Origin: Oleiphilaceae bacterium
GTDB taxonomy: Bacteria; Pseudomonadota; Gammaproteobacteria; Pseudomonadales; Oleiphilaceae
Direction of reading: 5' to 3'
Length of the DNA: 30,923 nt
Assembly: GCA_041624095.1 (NCBI GenBank)
Contig: JBFJVR010000001.1
Location: 1 to 30,923 of the forward strand
Made by a program: the position numbers and the translations under genes. How positions within the stretch are numbered: the first letter of the stretch is position 1; each line of letters opens with the position of its first letter. The notes beneath the pieces are model-generated. The model had not been told where the DNA came from, did not search any database, and saw nothing but the letters and a program-made list of their open reading frames with translations. Below are positions 1 through 12,000 of this stretch, piece after piece.

Positions 1-3000
1 CGCGACATCACGCTCAGCTATATGGGTAAAACCCTGAGCAGTCAATTCGACTCAGCCAGAAACGGGTATTTTTATACCGTAACGGTCGACAATGTCAGCT
101 ATCAGTTTGTCGCTGACAATTCCGAGCAAAGCCTGAACGACGCGCTTAAATTGCTCGCCGGTCTTAAGCCAGCTGAACTGGGGAACAACGCCGCTACCGT
201 GCAGCAAATCACGCATTTGGGAGAGCAGCGCAAGGTCATCAGTGTCGACGAATTTGGCTTTCAGACGGACGATAATGCCAATTATGCGCTATTAAAAGTC
301 ACCTACAACGACGCCGCGGGTTCGCAGACTGCCTATGCCGATGTAGCTCTTACTCGCAGCGGTCTGGACGCACGCCAGAAAGTAGCCGGTGAAGCTTACG
401 GTGATGGTGACATACTGCGTGGTAGTGGGTATTTTTATCAGGTATCTCTTGAAAGCGGCAGCCAGCAATTTGATGAGAACGGCCAGCCTATTCTTGAAGA
501 TCAGTTTGTCGCGGCAGTACAAAGAGATGGCAACATTACCCAGGAAATTTCCCTGGCGAATGGCCTGGACCGAGTTACGCTGTTTTACGGTTACAACACA
601 GATGCCCTGCAGAATGGCATGAGTAGCCTCAATTCAGTCGAAATCTACAGCTGGATGAGCAGCGTCGAAGTAGTCGATACGATTAACGCCGCTTTTGACA
701 ATGTTTCGGTGTCAGTATCCGAACTAGACGATGCCCTAAGTGGTGCTCCGTGGACCATTCAGGTGGACTCTGCCGGGGCAAAACAATTCGCCTACCATTA
801 CCAGACTCAGGCCTTCGCCGGGCAGGTATTAAAGCAGGCCGACAGCGCCCTGTTGCAAGCTTTTGTCCGTGCGCAAGCGGCGGGCGATGGAATATGGGAG
901 CATGCTTTCAACGATGATGGCTCGCCCTCCTTATTTATAGAAACTGCGATGCTCGACGGGCAGTTGACTTGGGCGGAATGGATGAAAACCGCCAAGCTGC
1001 AATCAGGCACCTCCGCTCAGAGCTTATTGCCAGTTCACGACTTGGTGGCAGCGGCTATCACAGAGGCTGAAGTATTCGATCAGGCGCCAGACTGGACAGC
1101 AGCCACGGCACAATTGAAAACGCTGCTTAGTAACTTTGCAGGCATGGAGCGGGTCACCATCACCAGTAGCACGGGTAGCGATGGCTTGCCGGTGTGGAGC
1201 TTTAGCGAATCTGTAGCTTCGAACGCCTTTAATCTTTACGAATTTTCTGACTCGACCATTGGTGCCAACGATACTGCAGTTCACGTGTTTTACAACGGGC
1301 TGTATAAGTCGATTAACTTTGGTGAGCTTACTCTAAGCGCAGAAGATAAATCCCGACATGTCGTTGTTGATAGTGCCGATAACAACGCTGCACTGCTTGC
1401 GGCGATGACGCAGCAAGTGAAAGCACTAACCGGGCTAGAGTCTTCAGTGGCATACGATGGCACGCGATGGCAGATCGAAGTTGCAGGAGCGCTCTCATCG
1501 AGCTTGCAATTGTCTACCGACAGCCGTTTTAAGCCAGACCCAGTGAGTCTCGGCGACAGCGAAACCCTTGTTTATATTGGCGATGAGTCGGGCAGCTTAG
1601 TCGGCTCACGACTAAGCCTGTCTCACGAAGACATTACTGAAGGCCAAATAAAGCTTTATGTTGGCGATTCTGCGGTTTCGCTTAGCGTCGACCCAAGTAC
1701 AACACGGGATGCGCTTGTTGCTGCTTTAGGCTCAGTCAGCGGGGTAAATATCAACGTTATCGCCGACAGCGGTAGCTCCAGTGAGTGGACCTTGAGCGTC
1801 GAAGATGCAAACCTCGATGACGACCTGACTATCGGCCTCGAAGCCGTAGCGTCCAGAACCTCATTGCCTTTGGTGCTGGTATCTCAATGGCAGCAGGGAA
1901 GCTTATTGGCCGAAGACGCGACGCTTGAAGGTCTCTTTGATGCGAGTACATTGGTACTGCCTGACCTCAGTTCTTTGCGTAATTTAATGCTCGCAGTCGA
2001 CGGTGGCCCGGCAACAGACATTTCTATCGATTCTGCAGATATCAGTGCAAGTAAGACCTCAATCGCCAATGCCTTAGGGGTGGCCGAAGCCGATATCGAC
2101 GTGAATGTCTTTGATGGCGTCTGGAATATTACCTTCCTGACCGGTCCGGCACCGAGTGTGCTGTTGCATTATGACCTACCGGGGCAGTCCGTTTCGCTAA
2201 GCGGAACAGACCTGCAATTGCCCGACCTGAGTTCAGCACTTAATGTACAACTTCAAGTCGACGATGGACCCAGAACGGATATTACACTTGACGCATCCGA
2301 TCTAAGTACAAGCAAAACGTCGATCGCCAATGGTTTGGGCCTCGCAGAGGCCGACATTGATGTTAGTTTGGTAAACTCTGCGTGGCGTATTTCACTTTTG
2401 ACTGCGTCACCCGGCGAGATCCTGCTGCATTATGACCTTCCGGAACAGATTGGTTTGGCCGAAAAACTAGGTTTGGGTCTGACGCCGCTTAGTAAAGCAC
2501 TTGATAACACGCGCCTGTTGTTACCCGATTTGTCCCAAGCGGGCACCAGTAACCTGCAGTTTGCAGGCTCAAGCCTAAGCATGAGCTATGACGACCAGAA
2601 TAGTGATATCTATCTGGGCGACGGGCTTACAGCTGAAGAGTTCGCTGCGGCAGCCAGTACACCTGCACTTACGATTGATCCCAATGATGTCACGCTTAGT
2701 GAAGTCGTCGATGGTTGGGTAATTGACTTCAAGGGTGCGCTAGCCCCAGCTCTAACGCTCAATTTTGACCTACCGGGTTTGACTGGCCAGTCGCGTAGCC
2801 TTGAACTTGTCGCCTTTGATTACTCCCAGCAAAGCGTTGCAATTCCGCTTGGCTTTGACCAGATAGAAGTCAGTTACAACGGCGAATCAGCTGTCATCGA
2901 CCTTACTCCTTTTCAGTTATCAGGTGCCGAAAGCGATACCGACTTTCCGGTTCAATATACGGCTGATGATCTTGCTGGCTTATTCGCTGGCATCAATGTG

Positions 3001-6000
3001 CTGGAAGACGCTCAGCTTAATGCCGAAATTAGCGCTGACCCTGCCGGTTATTTGCAGCTCAGTATTGTTATGCCGAACGGCGAAAGCGAATATTTCGCGC
3101 TTGCCATCGCGCCAGTTGTACTAGGGAGTCAGCAAGCTGACATTATCAGCTCTGTACCAGTAAGCAATGGCTTTGTCGTCCCGGTTGCTAGCGCGGGCGA
3201 TAACCTGACGCTGGCATTTGGAGCCGGGCTGGATGCTGGTTCACAACTTGAGATCACCGTTCCGGCCAACTTCTCCGCTGCTAAATTACAACAGCAATTG
3301 CTCGCACATGCTGGTAGTCAGGGCTTCGCGGTGTCCTCGGTAAAGGTAGAGACCATTAATGCCGGATCAGACTGGGCGATTACCTTCTTTGCAGATACTG
3401 CACTCCCGCTGTATTACAGCATCAATGGTGCAGTAGAGTCGGCCGCAGCTGCACAATTTAAAACGATTACCGACAATAGTGTACAGCAGATCAATCTGCC
3501 GCTTGTGGAAGAAACCCTGGCGCTAAGCTTAGGCGACGAAACCGTTTACATTTATCGCGATGCGTCTGCAAACGAAGTAAAAACAGCGTTGGAATCGCTG
3601 AGTTTAGTCACTCAGGCCATGGTTGAGGTCGATGCTTCGTCATGGACAATCACACTGATTGACCCCGCGAGTGATGGCAGTCAAAGCTACCCGGTACTTT
3701 CGTGGCAAGCAATCAACAACACAATCGATAATGCCGCGGTTGCAGACGCAGTTAAAACCATAGAGCGCCTAGGCGGTGAGACCTGGTCAGTCGAACTTGA
3801 TCAAACAAATTTGAGCCAACAAGCGGTCTATGACTTTGAGCTCAATACCAACAGTGGCGAGACCTTTATTAACGCCGTTCAAATTATCGAGCGTCAAGTG
3901 CCGCGCGCCTTACTGAAAGACGTCTGGGAAATTGATGAGTCAAGTGGCCAAGCAGTCAAAACAGGCGAGCAGGATTGGTTCCTCGACCCACGAACTGTCG
4001 TTGACGGGAGCGTCGATGAGATCGCCATTAGCGGCTCCGATGCGAATGATCACTTCCTGATTGGCAATCAGATCCTCAATAAGGGGCAGGGCGATGCTGA
4101 GCAAATTCAGTATGGCGTCATGCAAATCACCCATACTCGCGAAGGCTTGGCCGACGATGGTGTGACCATTAATTTGCGCTCCTTAAGCCGCGTCGCTTCG
4201 ACCGAAGAAGCCGCACTGGGATTAGAAGGCAATAGTTCAGTAAACGACATACTGAACATTGATGCCGGTGAAGGCAACGATACATTGCTTGCAGGCTTGG
4301 TACCTAACTCACCCGACATCGTTGCAGGCAACGATATACTCTTGTCGAATATGGTAGCTGAACTCGGTTTGATCGGCGGCGAGGGTAACGATTGGATCGT
4401 TGGCAGTAAATTCATCGACAGAATTGAAATGGGTTCGGGCTCCGATCGCGTAAGCGGAAACGAAGGGGTCGATATTTTCATCGGCGACGAAAGCAGCATT
4501 GGCGATGTTTTGCTCGAAGCGCGCAGTGGTTCTTTCAGCTTAAGCGATATCGCGTTGAGCATCACCTACCAGCAAAAGACAGCTAAAATCACTGAAACCG
4601 GCGTTGATACAGGTGAGCGTCAGGTCGTCGAACTCGAAGACGTGCAGCTGTTCGAAAGCTTTATACTCTATGGCGGTGCAGACACCGATGTATTTGCCAC
4701 CGGCAACTTTACCAAAGACGCCATCCTCGATGGCACCGAAGGCGGAGATCGTTACACCACGACGCTTAGCGGTGAACTGGGTGAAAGCTCTAATGTGCGT
4801 ATTGCTGATAGTGGCGCACTTGGTGCCGATACCCTGGAAATACAGGGCAGCGCGGCCGACGATACCATTCATCTCGACGTCATTGACTCCAGTTCAGATT
4901 ACCTTGTCGGCTATACCAGTGTAAGTTCGCCGCTACGTTTTAGTTATCGCGGTGAAACGACTGAAGAGATAAATGTCGATCTGCCTGTCGGCCAGACGCG
5001 ATTGTTGGACCAACGCAAGGCGATTGAAGCCGCGCTACAGGCGCTTGATGGCATTCAAGATGTGATTGTTTCAGGTGAAGGTACCGAGCTTAAACCCTGG
5101 AAGATCGTATTGGTCGATGCTGACCAGAATGCGGGTGAGTTCTATGCCCTGGAAGCAGCAAACAGTAATACCGAAGTAAGTGCTTTGCAGACCGCTATCG
5201 TCGAGCGCTTGCAAAACAACGTTGCCGACGCCTTACTCGCAGGCGCTCCCAATGTTGATGCAATGTTTGATAATCCGATCAACCAGCAGCAGTTGTTTTT
5301 CCGTCGTGGTGAGTGGCCCGCCGATTTAGTTGATCTGGATTCTGCCGAGCGCAGCGTCACACTTAACTATAACGGCAGCGTGTCGGAGTTCACCTTCGAT
5401 ACCACGTCTTTACCAAGCAGCCAAAGCGAACAGATTACAGAATTCCGAAATCAACTTGAAACAGCTATACAGGTCTTCGATGCCAGCGCCAGTATACGAG
5501 GCGCGGGTACCGATCAAGACCCGTGGGTTATTCAGTTAGTTGATGCGGCTACAGACCGTCACGACAATTTCTATTCGGTGACGCTGAGTAATGTACCGCA
5601 ATACGAAGTCGAACAGGATGGCGTTACTCAGTCTTATAACCTCTTTACTGACCCGGCTGACCTTGCCGATGCAGCAGCACAAACGCGCGCGTCAGCCGAT
5701 TTAAGCACTATTGGGGATTTCCAGCGGGTTTATTACAACTTTACTCTTGAACAAGTAGTTACGCGCGGCCGCGAAGGCGACGATACCTTTATCGTCGACG
5801 ATACTGCCGCAGCAGTTAAGGTCTATGGTGATGCAGGTAGCGATAACTTCCTCGTTGGCCGCGTACTAAAAACCACCACTGTCGTCAGTGATGGACGTGA
5901 AGTTGAGATAGTCGATAGCAGCGACCCGAACGCGCCGGGCATTACCTCGGGCGTGAGCTTTAATGCTGACTTCTTTGGCGGCTCAGGCGACGACTACTTC

Positions 6001-9000
6001 GAAGTAAACCACAACGTCGGTGTACTTAATCTGTATGGCGAATCGGGAGACGACACTTTCTTCCTGAAAGCGCATTTGGAACTTAACCCCGATACGACTG
6101 GCAGCAAGACAACGCGCGAAATAGCTGGCTCAACTATTAACGCGGCAGCGGGTGACGAAGACGGGTTTATCGAGGCTAATGACAATGACTCCCTGATCGA
6201 TTATGTCGAAAACAACCGGGTCAATATATACGGCGGCAGCGGCTTCGATACTATTGTTATCGCAGGTACCTCATTTGATGACGAGTTTTTCATCTATACC
6301 GATAACGACGGCCAGCAGTATCTCTATGGTGCAGGCATTAAACTAGAAAGTATCGACGGTATCGAACGGCTTGCGCTTGTTACTGGTGCTGGTAACGATA
6401 AAGTATGGCTTTATGGCTTGGATCAGCGCCTTAGTCTCCTGTTAAACCTCGGTTCGGGCGACGATACCGTTCAAATAGGGGGTGAGGCAAAGGACTTTAC
6501 CGTCACCTACCCGAAATCAGGCGCCATCTACACCGTTGGTCAGAAGGTGAATATCGAGCAGCTGCTTGCTTCGTCTACGCGCGTCACACCGGACACCATT
6601 AGCCTTGTGAAACGTAAATTCGACGATGAATTGAGTCAGGAAGAGCGCATTGCAGGTGCCAAAGCAGCGCTTGACGACGCCAAGATGGTTAGCATTTTTC
6701 AGGACTTTTTCAAGAAGTGGTTCCCCGAAGCAGACGCCTCTAAAGTAATTATTAGCCGCGATTACTGGAACCTGCTCGAAACCAATTTAGCGACGGCGCT
6801 TTACCACTTCAGGGCCGGGCTAAACGCCACGTCCAGCAGCCAGATCAAATACGGCAGTGGTTTTGACAATTTCAAGAACAACACACAGGCGATTCTCGAT
6901 AAATTCGCTTATTTGCCAGGCCAATACAAGCAAAACTCTGGCAGGGATTGGAATAAAATTCGCGGGTATCTGACGGCAGACCAATTAGCACAAATGCCTG
7001 AGACCTTGGACCTTGCCGGTGTGCAAGCCCTCCTGGGCGGTGGCGGTCTCTGGATCGACAAGTGGGTCAAGAACCCGATGGGTCTGTTGTCCATCGACGA
7101 CATTCTGTTTAGCGATTACCTGAACAAAGCACTCGGCTATACCTTGTGGGGCGACTTTCTTCACGGCCATGTTCACCGCCCGATCGATCTCGAAGGTAAA
7201 CACCTTGTTACCAGTCAGATTCCAGAAGGCAAAGGTTACATGGATCATCTGACGGGAGTCGAACAAGGCGATAAGAGCTACATTTTCATTAGTACTGATG
7301 AAGTCAGAGCGCATGGCAATAACCAGACTGGTGGCGACCTCTTGGTCGATATGTTGGCTCTGTTCTACGATGTAGAAGCATTAAACGATGTGACTTACAA
7401 CATCGTCGAGCAATGGCAGTCAGTCGAAGTAGACGGAATCCAGTCCTACCGCTTTGACACCTTGCCAGAGCGTGAAGAAACACGTTGGATTCCCGAGAGC
7501 TACGATTTGTCGCGCATTGCTGGCGTGGTGCGTATCGCCGGTGCAGCCGGTGATGATGCAATTGAAATAAATGCGCAGGACGATAATGGCTTAAGCCTTA
7601 CCCTAGGCACACAAACCCTGAAACTGGGGGAGTTTGTATTCAGCGGCGATCCGATGGAAACACTGAAAGTGAAAGCCGCACAGAAGTTTATCGATAACTA
7701 CTCCGGGGCCACAACAGATGCCCGCTATATCAACCAGAAGTTACTTGTTGATACGGCACGCAGTGCGCAGGCTGATTGGCTTGCGAGTACCTATATTACC
7801 ACCGCAGATGGCATCGCTATTAGCAACCAAGATGTTCAGGATGCCTTGATTCGCGCCAACAAAGAAACCAATATCAACGTCATCCACGACCTGTTGGAAA
7901 ATACACTTTCATCCTTGTCGCTGGATGTTTCCATCGATAGAGAAGTACCCGCGAGCGACGGCATCAAATTTACGCTTGAAGGGCAGTTACTGGCACTGCA
8001 AACAGTATGGACGGTAAGCAACGATAATCTGGGCTCATATAACTGGTTTGATGCGGCGGCAGAAGAAACTGCGGAAGACGGTGCACAGCGACAGACCTGG
8101 TTTACGGGTTTGGGTGACTTTATTCAGCATGGTCTGCATTTGAGTGATAGTAACCAATATGCAGATGCCAATGCCACATTCTCCCTAGATGTCTTGAATG
8201 GTTATTTGGCTTCAGAGCAGCTCGAGTTCTTGTTGGCTAACAACGGCTCATCTTTTGACGGCCTGCAAGACCAATTGATCGCCTTGCGAAACTACCTGAC
8301 CCTGACCGTAGTGTCGGACACGCTCGACGACAAAGCCTACACGCGCCTTGGTGAATCAGCGTTGAAGGTCTATAAACAGAATTCTCCTACTTTAGGAGCC
8401 AGCCAATCCACTCGCTATTATTGGGACTTGCTGTATTCACCCAGCGACATCGCGCGCGGTGAAAACTGGCTGGACCCGAATCGTGCGGGCGCGTTCAACG
8501 ATCGTATCGACCTTAGCGAGATACTCGGCCCACCCGATGCATTGAATACCGCAGATACTGTCAGCCCGCAGCTAGCCTTGTTGCGAGCGGTGGTTCCCGG
8601 CGCGTCGAATATTAACTTGGGTGCGGGTACCGCAACCGACAAATTGGCCGGAAACGACATTGAACTACTCAAGGAATATGCACGCCAATTGGCTGCACTA
8701 GATGAGTCCTACTACACCTATGCGTACTCGGGTACCAATGAAACTGGCGCTAAAGTACTGGCGGCAATTGCGATTAATCGTGTATCGAACACCGTCGAGA
8801 AGAGTCACTTGCTCGAAAGCGGGGTCTACCTTACGGCTGACAACTGGGGCGACTACATCGCAGCGTTCTATACCGACCCTGACTACACAGCCGCGCTCGC
8901 GAGCCTGCCTATAGCAAATATTACAGACTTTACCGAAGAAAACGTCGACGCGTTTATCCAAGCCGCGTTGAACCAAAGCACCTTGGAGATAAAAGCTCCT

Positions 9001-12000
9001 GTAGAAGATGGTACCCGCATTAACCTCGGCGGCGGTCGCATCGGCTATATGGATATTCAGACTGTTCAGGATGACGCATTCTTATACGTACCGCTTGAAG
9101 TTGTATTGCGTGAAGACATTACTGAAAGCGTGAACGTCGACAGAAGCTTTGTTTCTGTCGCACGGGAACTATACGAGGTCACCTACGATACCTTGGATCT
9201 CGCGAACGATGGCGGCCTGCTTAACCACGGTTTCTGGTTCGGGACGGTCGAGAATCTGACCTTAAACATTAACCAGGACGATACCCGCGACATCGGCGAC
9301 ATTGTCGACATGAGCAATAGCAAATTTGTCGAGGACCTGGTGATCAACACGGGTGGGGGAGACGACACCTTAAACATTGTTACCGAAGGCTTGATAGGTA
9401 CCTTGGATATCTTCACCGGTTCGGGTGCCGATACGCTTAGCGTTAACGCAGCCAATGGCACGGGAAATATCAACGTAGATAGCGGCACTGAAGCCGATCA
9501 GATCACGCTAAATATTCTCAGTCTCGAAGCAGACGAAAACGGCAATTTGCCTGCCGCAGAAGCACTGTCAGTTTCTTTGGAAGGCGGCGCAGGTGCCGAT
9601 CAGTATACCGTTACACTCTCTGGGCAAACCCGCGAAAACATCACCATTGAAGACGTCAACGACGGTGTTGCCGGTTCTGCTGGTAACCAGCTCACGGTAA
9701 TCGCAAGCGAGTTCGATGACGCCTTTTTGTTACGTAACAACTTGCTGTACCTATACAACCATTCCGACGATGAAGTTGGTGAGCGCATCGACTATACCGG
9801 GCTTAGCTATCTGACTATTTATGGTGAAGACGGCAACGACAGCTTTTATTTTGATGACACCAATATAGTTACCGATGTATTTGCGGGGGCTGGGGATGAT
9901 ACCTTTCAGGTCGGGCAAATGTATGCTTCACCACGCGGTGAGCAATCCGGCTTGCCTATAGAAGAGTACTTTTTTACCCAGGAAACCACCAAAGGGTTCT
10001 TGAGCAATGGTATCGGTGAGCAGGCTACGCTGAATGGCGAAGACGGTGAAGACAGCTTTATCGTTTATCGTAACATGGCCGAACTGTCGCTGTTTGGTGG
10101 TAACGACAGTGATACCTTTGTGGTACGTTCGTTCATCGAAGTTGACCCAAATGACCCGGATAAACCCTTCACCAATATCAATGGCGGTCAGGGTGCCGAC
10201 TTCATAAACTACACGCTGAACTCGCCTGTGTTGATTGATGGCGGCGACGGGCTAGACACTTTGACCGTGCTTGGAACCGAATTCGGCGACGACTACATTA
10301 TCACCGATGAAGGTATTTATGGTGCCGGTCGAGTGACTCGTTACAGCGGAATCGAACAGGTACTGGTCGATGGCATGGAAGGCAACGACACCTTCTTCGT
10401 GTTTAGCACCCCTGAAGGCGTCGACCTCCAACTCATTGGTGGCCTGGGCAGTGATACTTTTAATGTCGCGGGCGGTAGCGATGGCAAAGCAATCGATGTG
10501 GTCGCCGACGACCTGCGTGGGCACTCAGGCTTGATAGCCCATAACGATGGCAGCGATATTATCAACACCCTTGATGTGAACGTGATGGATAACGACGAAG
10601 CAGGTGTGCGCATTATTCCACTGCAAGACAGCTACAAGGTGATCGAAGGCGTGCAATCTGTCGCTTATGCCGTTGTACTTACTCGCCCACCGAAGAAATT
10701 CGTCAGCTTCGAAGCCAAAGCCTCTCCCTTGGGTGACCGTAGTATCCCAGGCTCAGAAGGTGTGACCCTCAACGGCCGTAACGGGGCCGATGGCATTACC
10801 CTGTTATTCGACAAGTCCAACTGGTTTATTCCACAAGAAATCGAAATAGCAGGCATCGATGACAGTCTCACCGAAGGCAATATCGCGTATAGCATTAAGC
10901 ATAAAGTGACTGAAGGCTTTGGGCTCGATGGCGATAGCTATGACGGCATCGCGGTAGAAAGTTATACCGTAGAGGTGATCGATAACGAGTTATCAAATGT
11001 GGTAATCACACCTAACAGTCACGAATTAGTTGCCGCCGAAACAGGTAACTGGGACGCAGGCTACAACAGCTACGATCTGGTGCTGTCAAAACAACCGACA
11101 GCCGATGTAACCGTGCTGATATCTGACGTAAGCGGTCAGTTGTCGACCTCGCCAGCAAGTGTGACCTTCTCAAGTGACTCAAGCGCGGCAAACGCATGGA
11201 ACAGAGTACAAACGGTTATCATCGATGCGGTAGATGAAGCCGATGGTCAAATTGAAGGCATCCATTACAGCCGTTTGACGCATACCGTCATTTCATCTGA
11301 TTCCAGCTACAACGGCCTGCTCGCCGACTCCCTGGATGTAAAAATCGGCGATGCAGAAATATCCCAGTTTATCGTGCTAGAAAGCGGCGGTGATACCACT
11401 GTGACCGAGAAAGCAAGCACAGCGGTACTCACCGAAGGGCAAGTATTAAATGCCAGCGGAACCGATTTCATCGGCACCATAGGCGATTCCCAAATAAGCG
11501 AGAATGGCCAGAATAACAGTAGTAATACCGCTCAAGACCTTGATATCAGCTCGTGGAGCATCAAGAACGATGCCGAGATAGTTGATTCAACGACAATTCC
11601 GCACCTGAGTATCGACGGCCGACTCGAAGGAACCAAGGACTATTACAAGTTCGAAGTCACCGACACCATGCTGTTAGACGAATTTGGCAATCCTAAGGCT
11701 GTAGCGGTGCACCTCGATATGGACCACGGCTTTGAATATTCCTATGCCAGCGGTCAATTTGTCTCTGACCCCATTTATTGGGTTAGCAAGCTGGAGCTGT
11801 TTAAAGAATCGGATGATCAGCGCGTGATCGGGACAAGAGGAACAGGCGCCGATGCCGGCTCGCTTAACAATTCCTATTACGACGACAAAGTGACCTACAG
11901 TCTTACTGAAGCGGGTGTCTACTACATCGAAGTAGGCAGTAGATACAATTGGTACTATGACTACGAAGCGCGCCAATATAAATATGGTGTGCCTGACGGA

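Noticed and set aside
22-24. ATG 22 as the true start of the giant gene
   Set aside because: No SD, no upstream in-frame stop, and no signal or leader character; the frame continues to the window edge.
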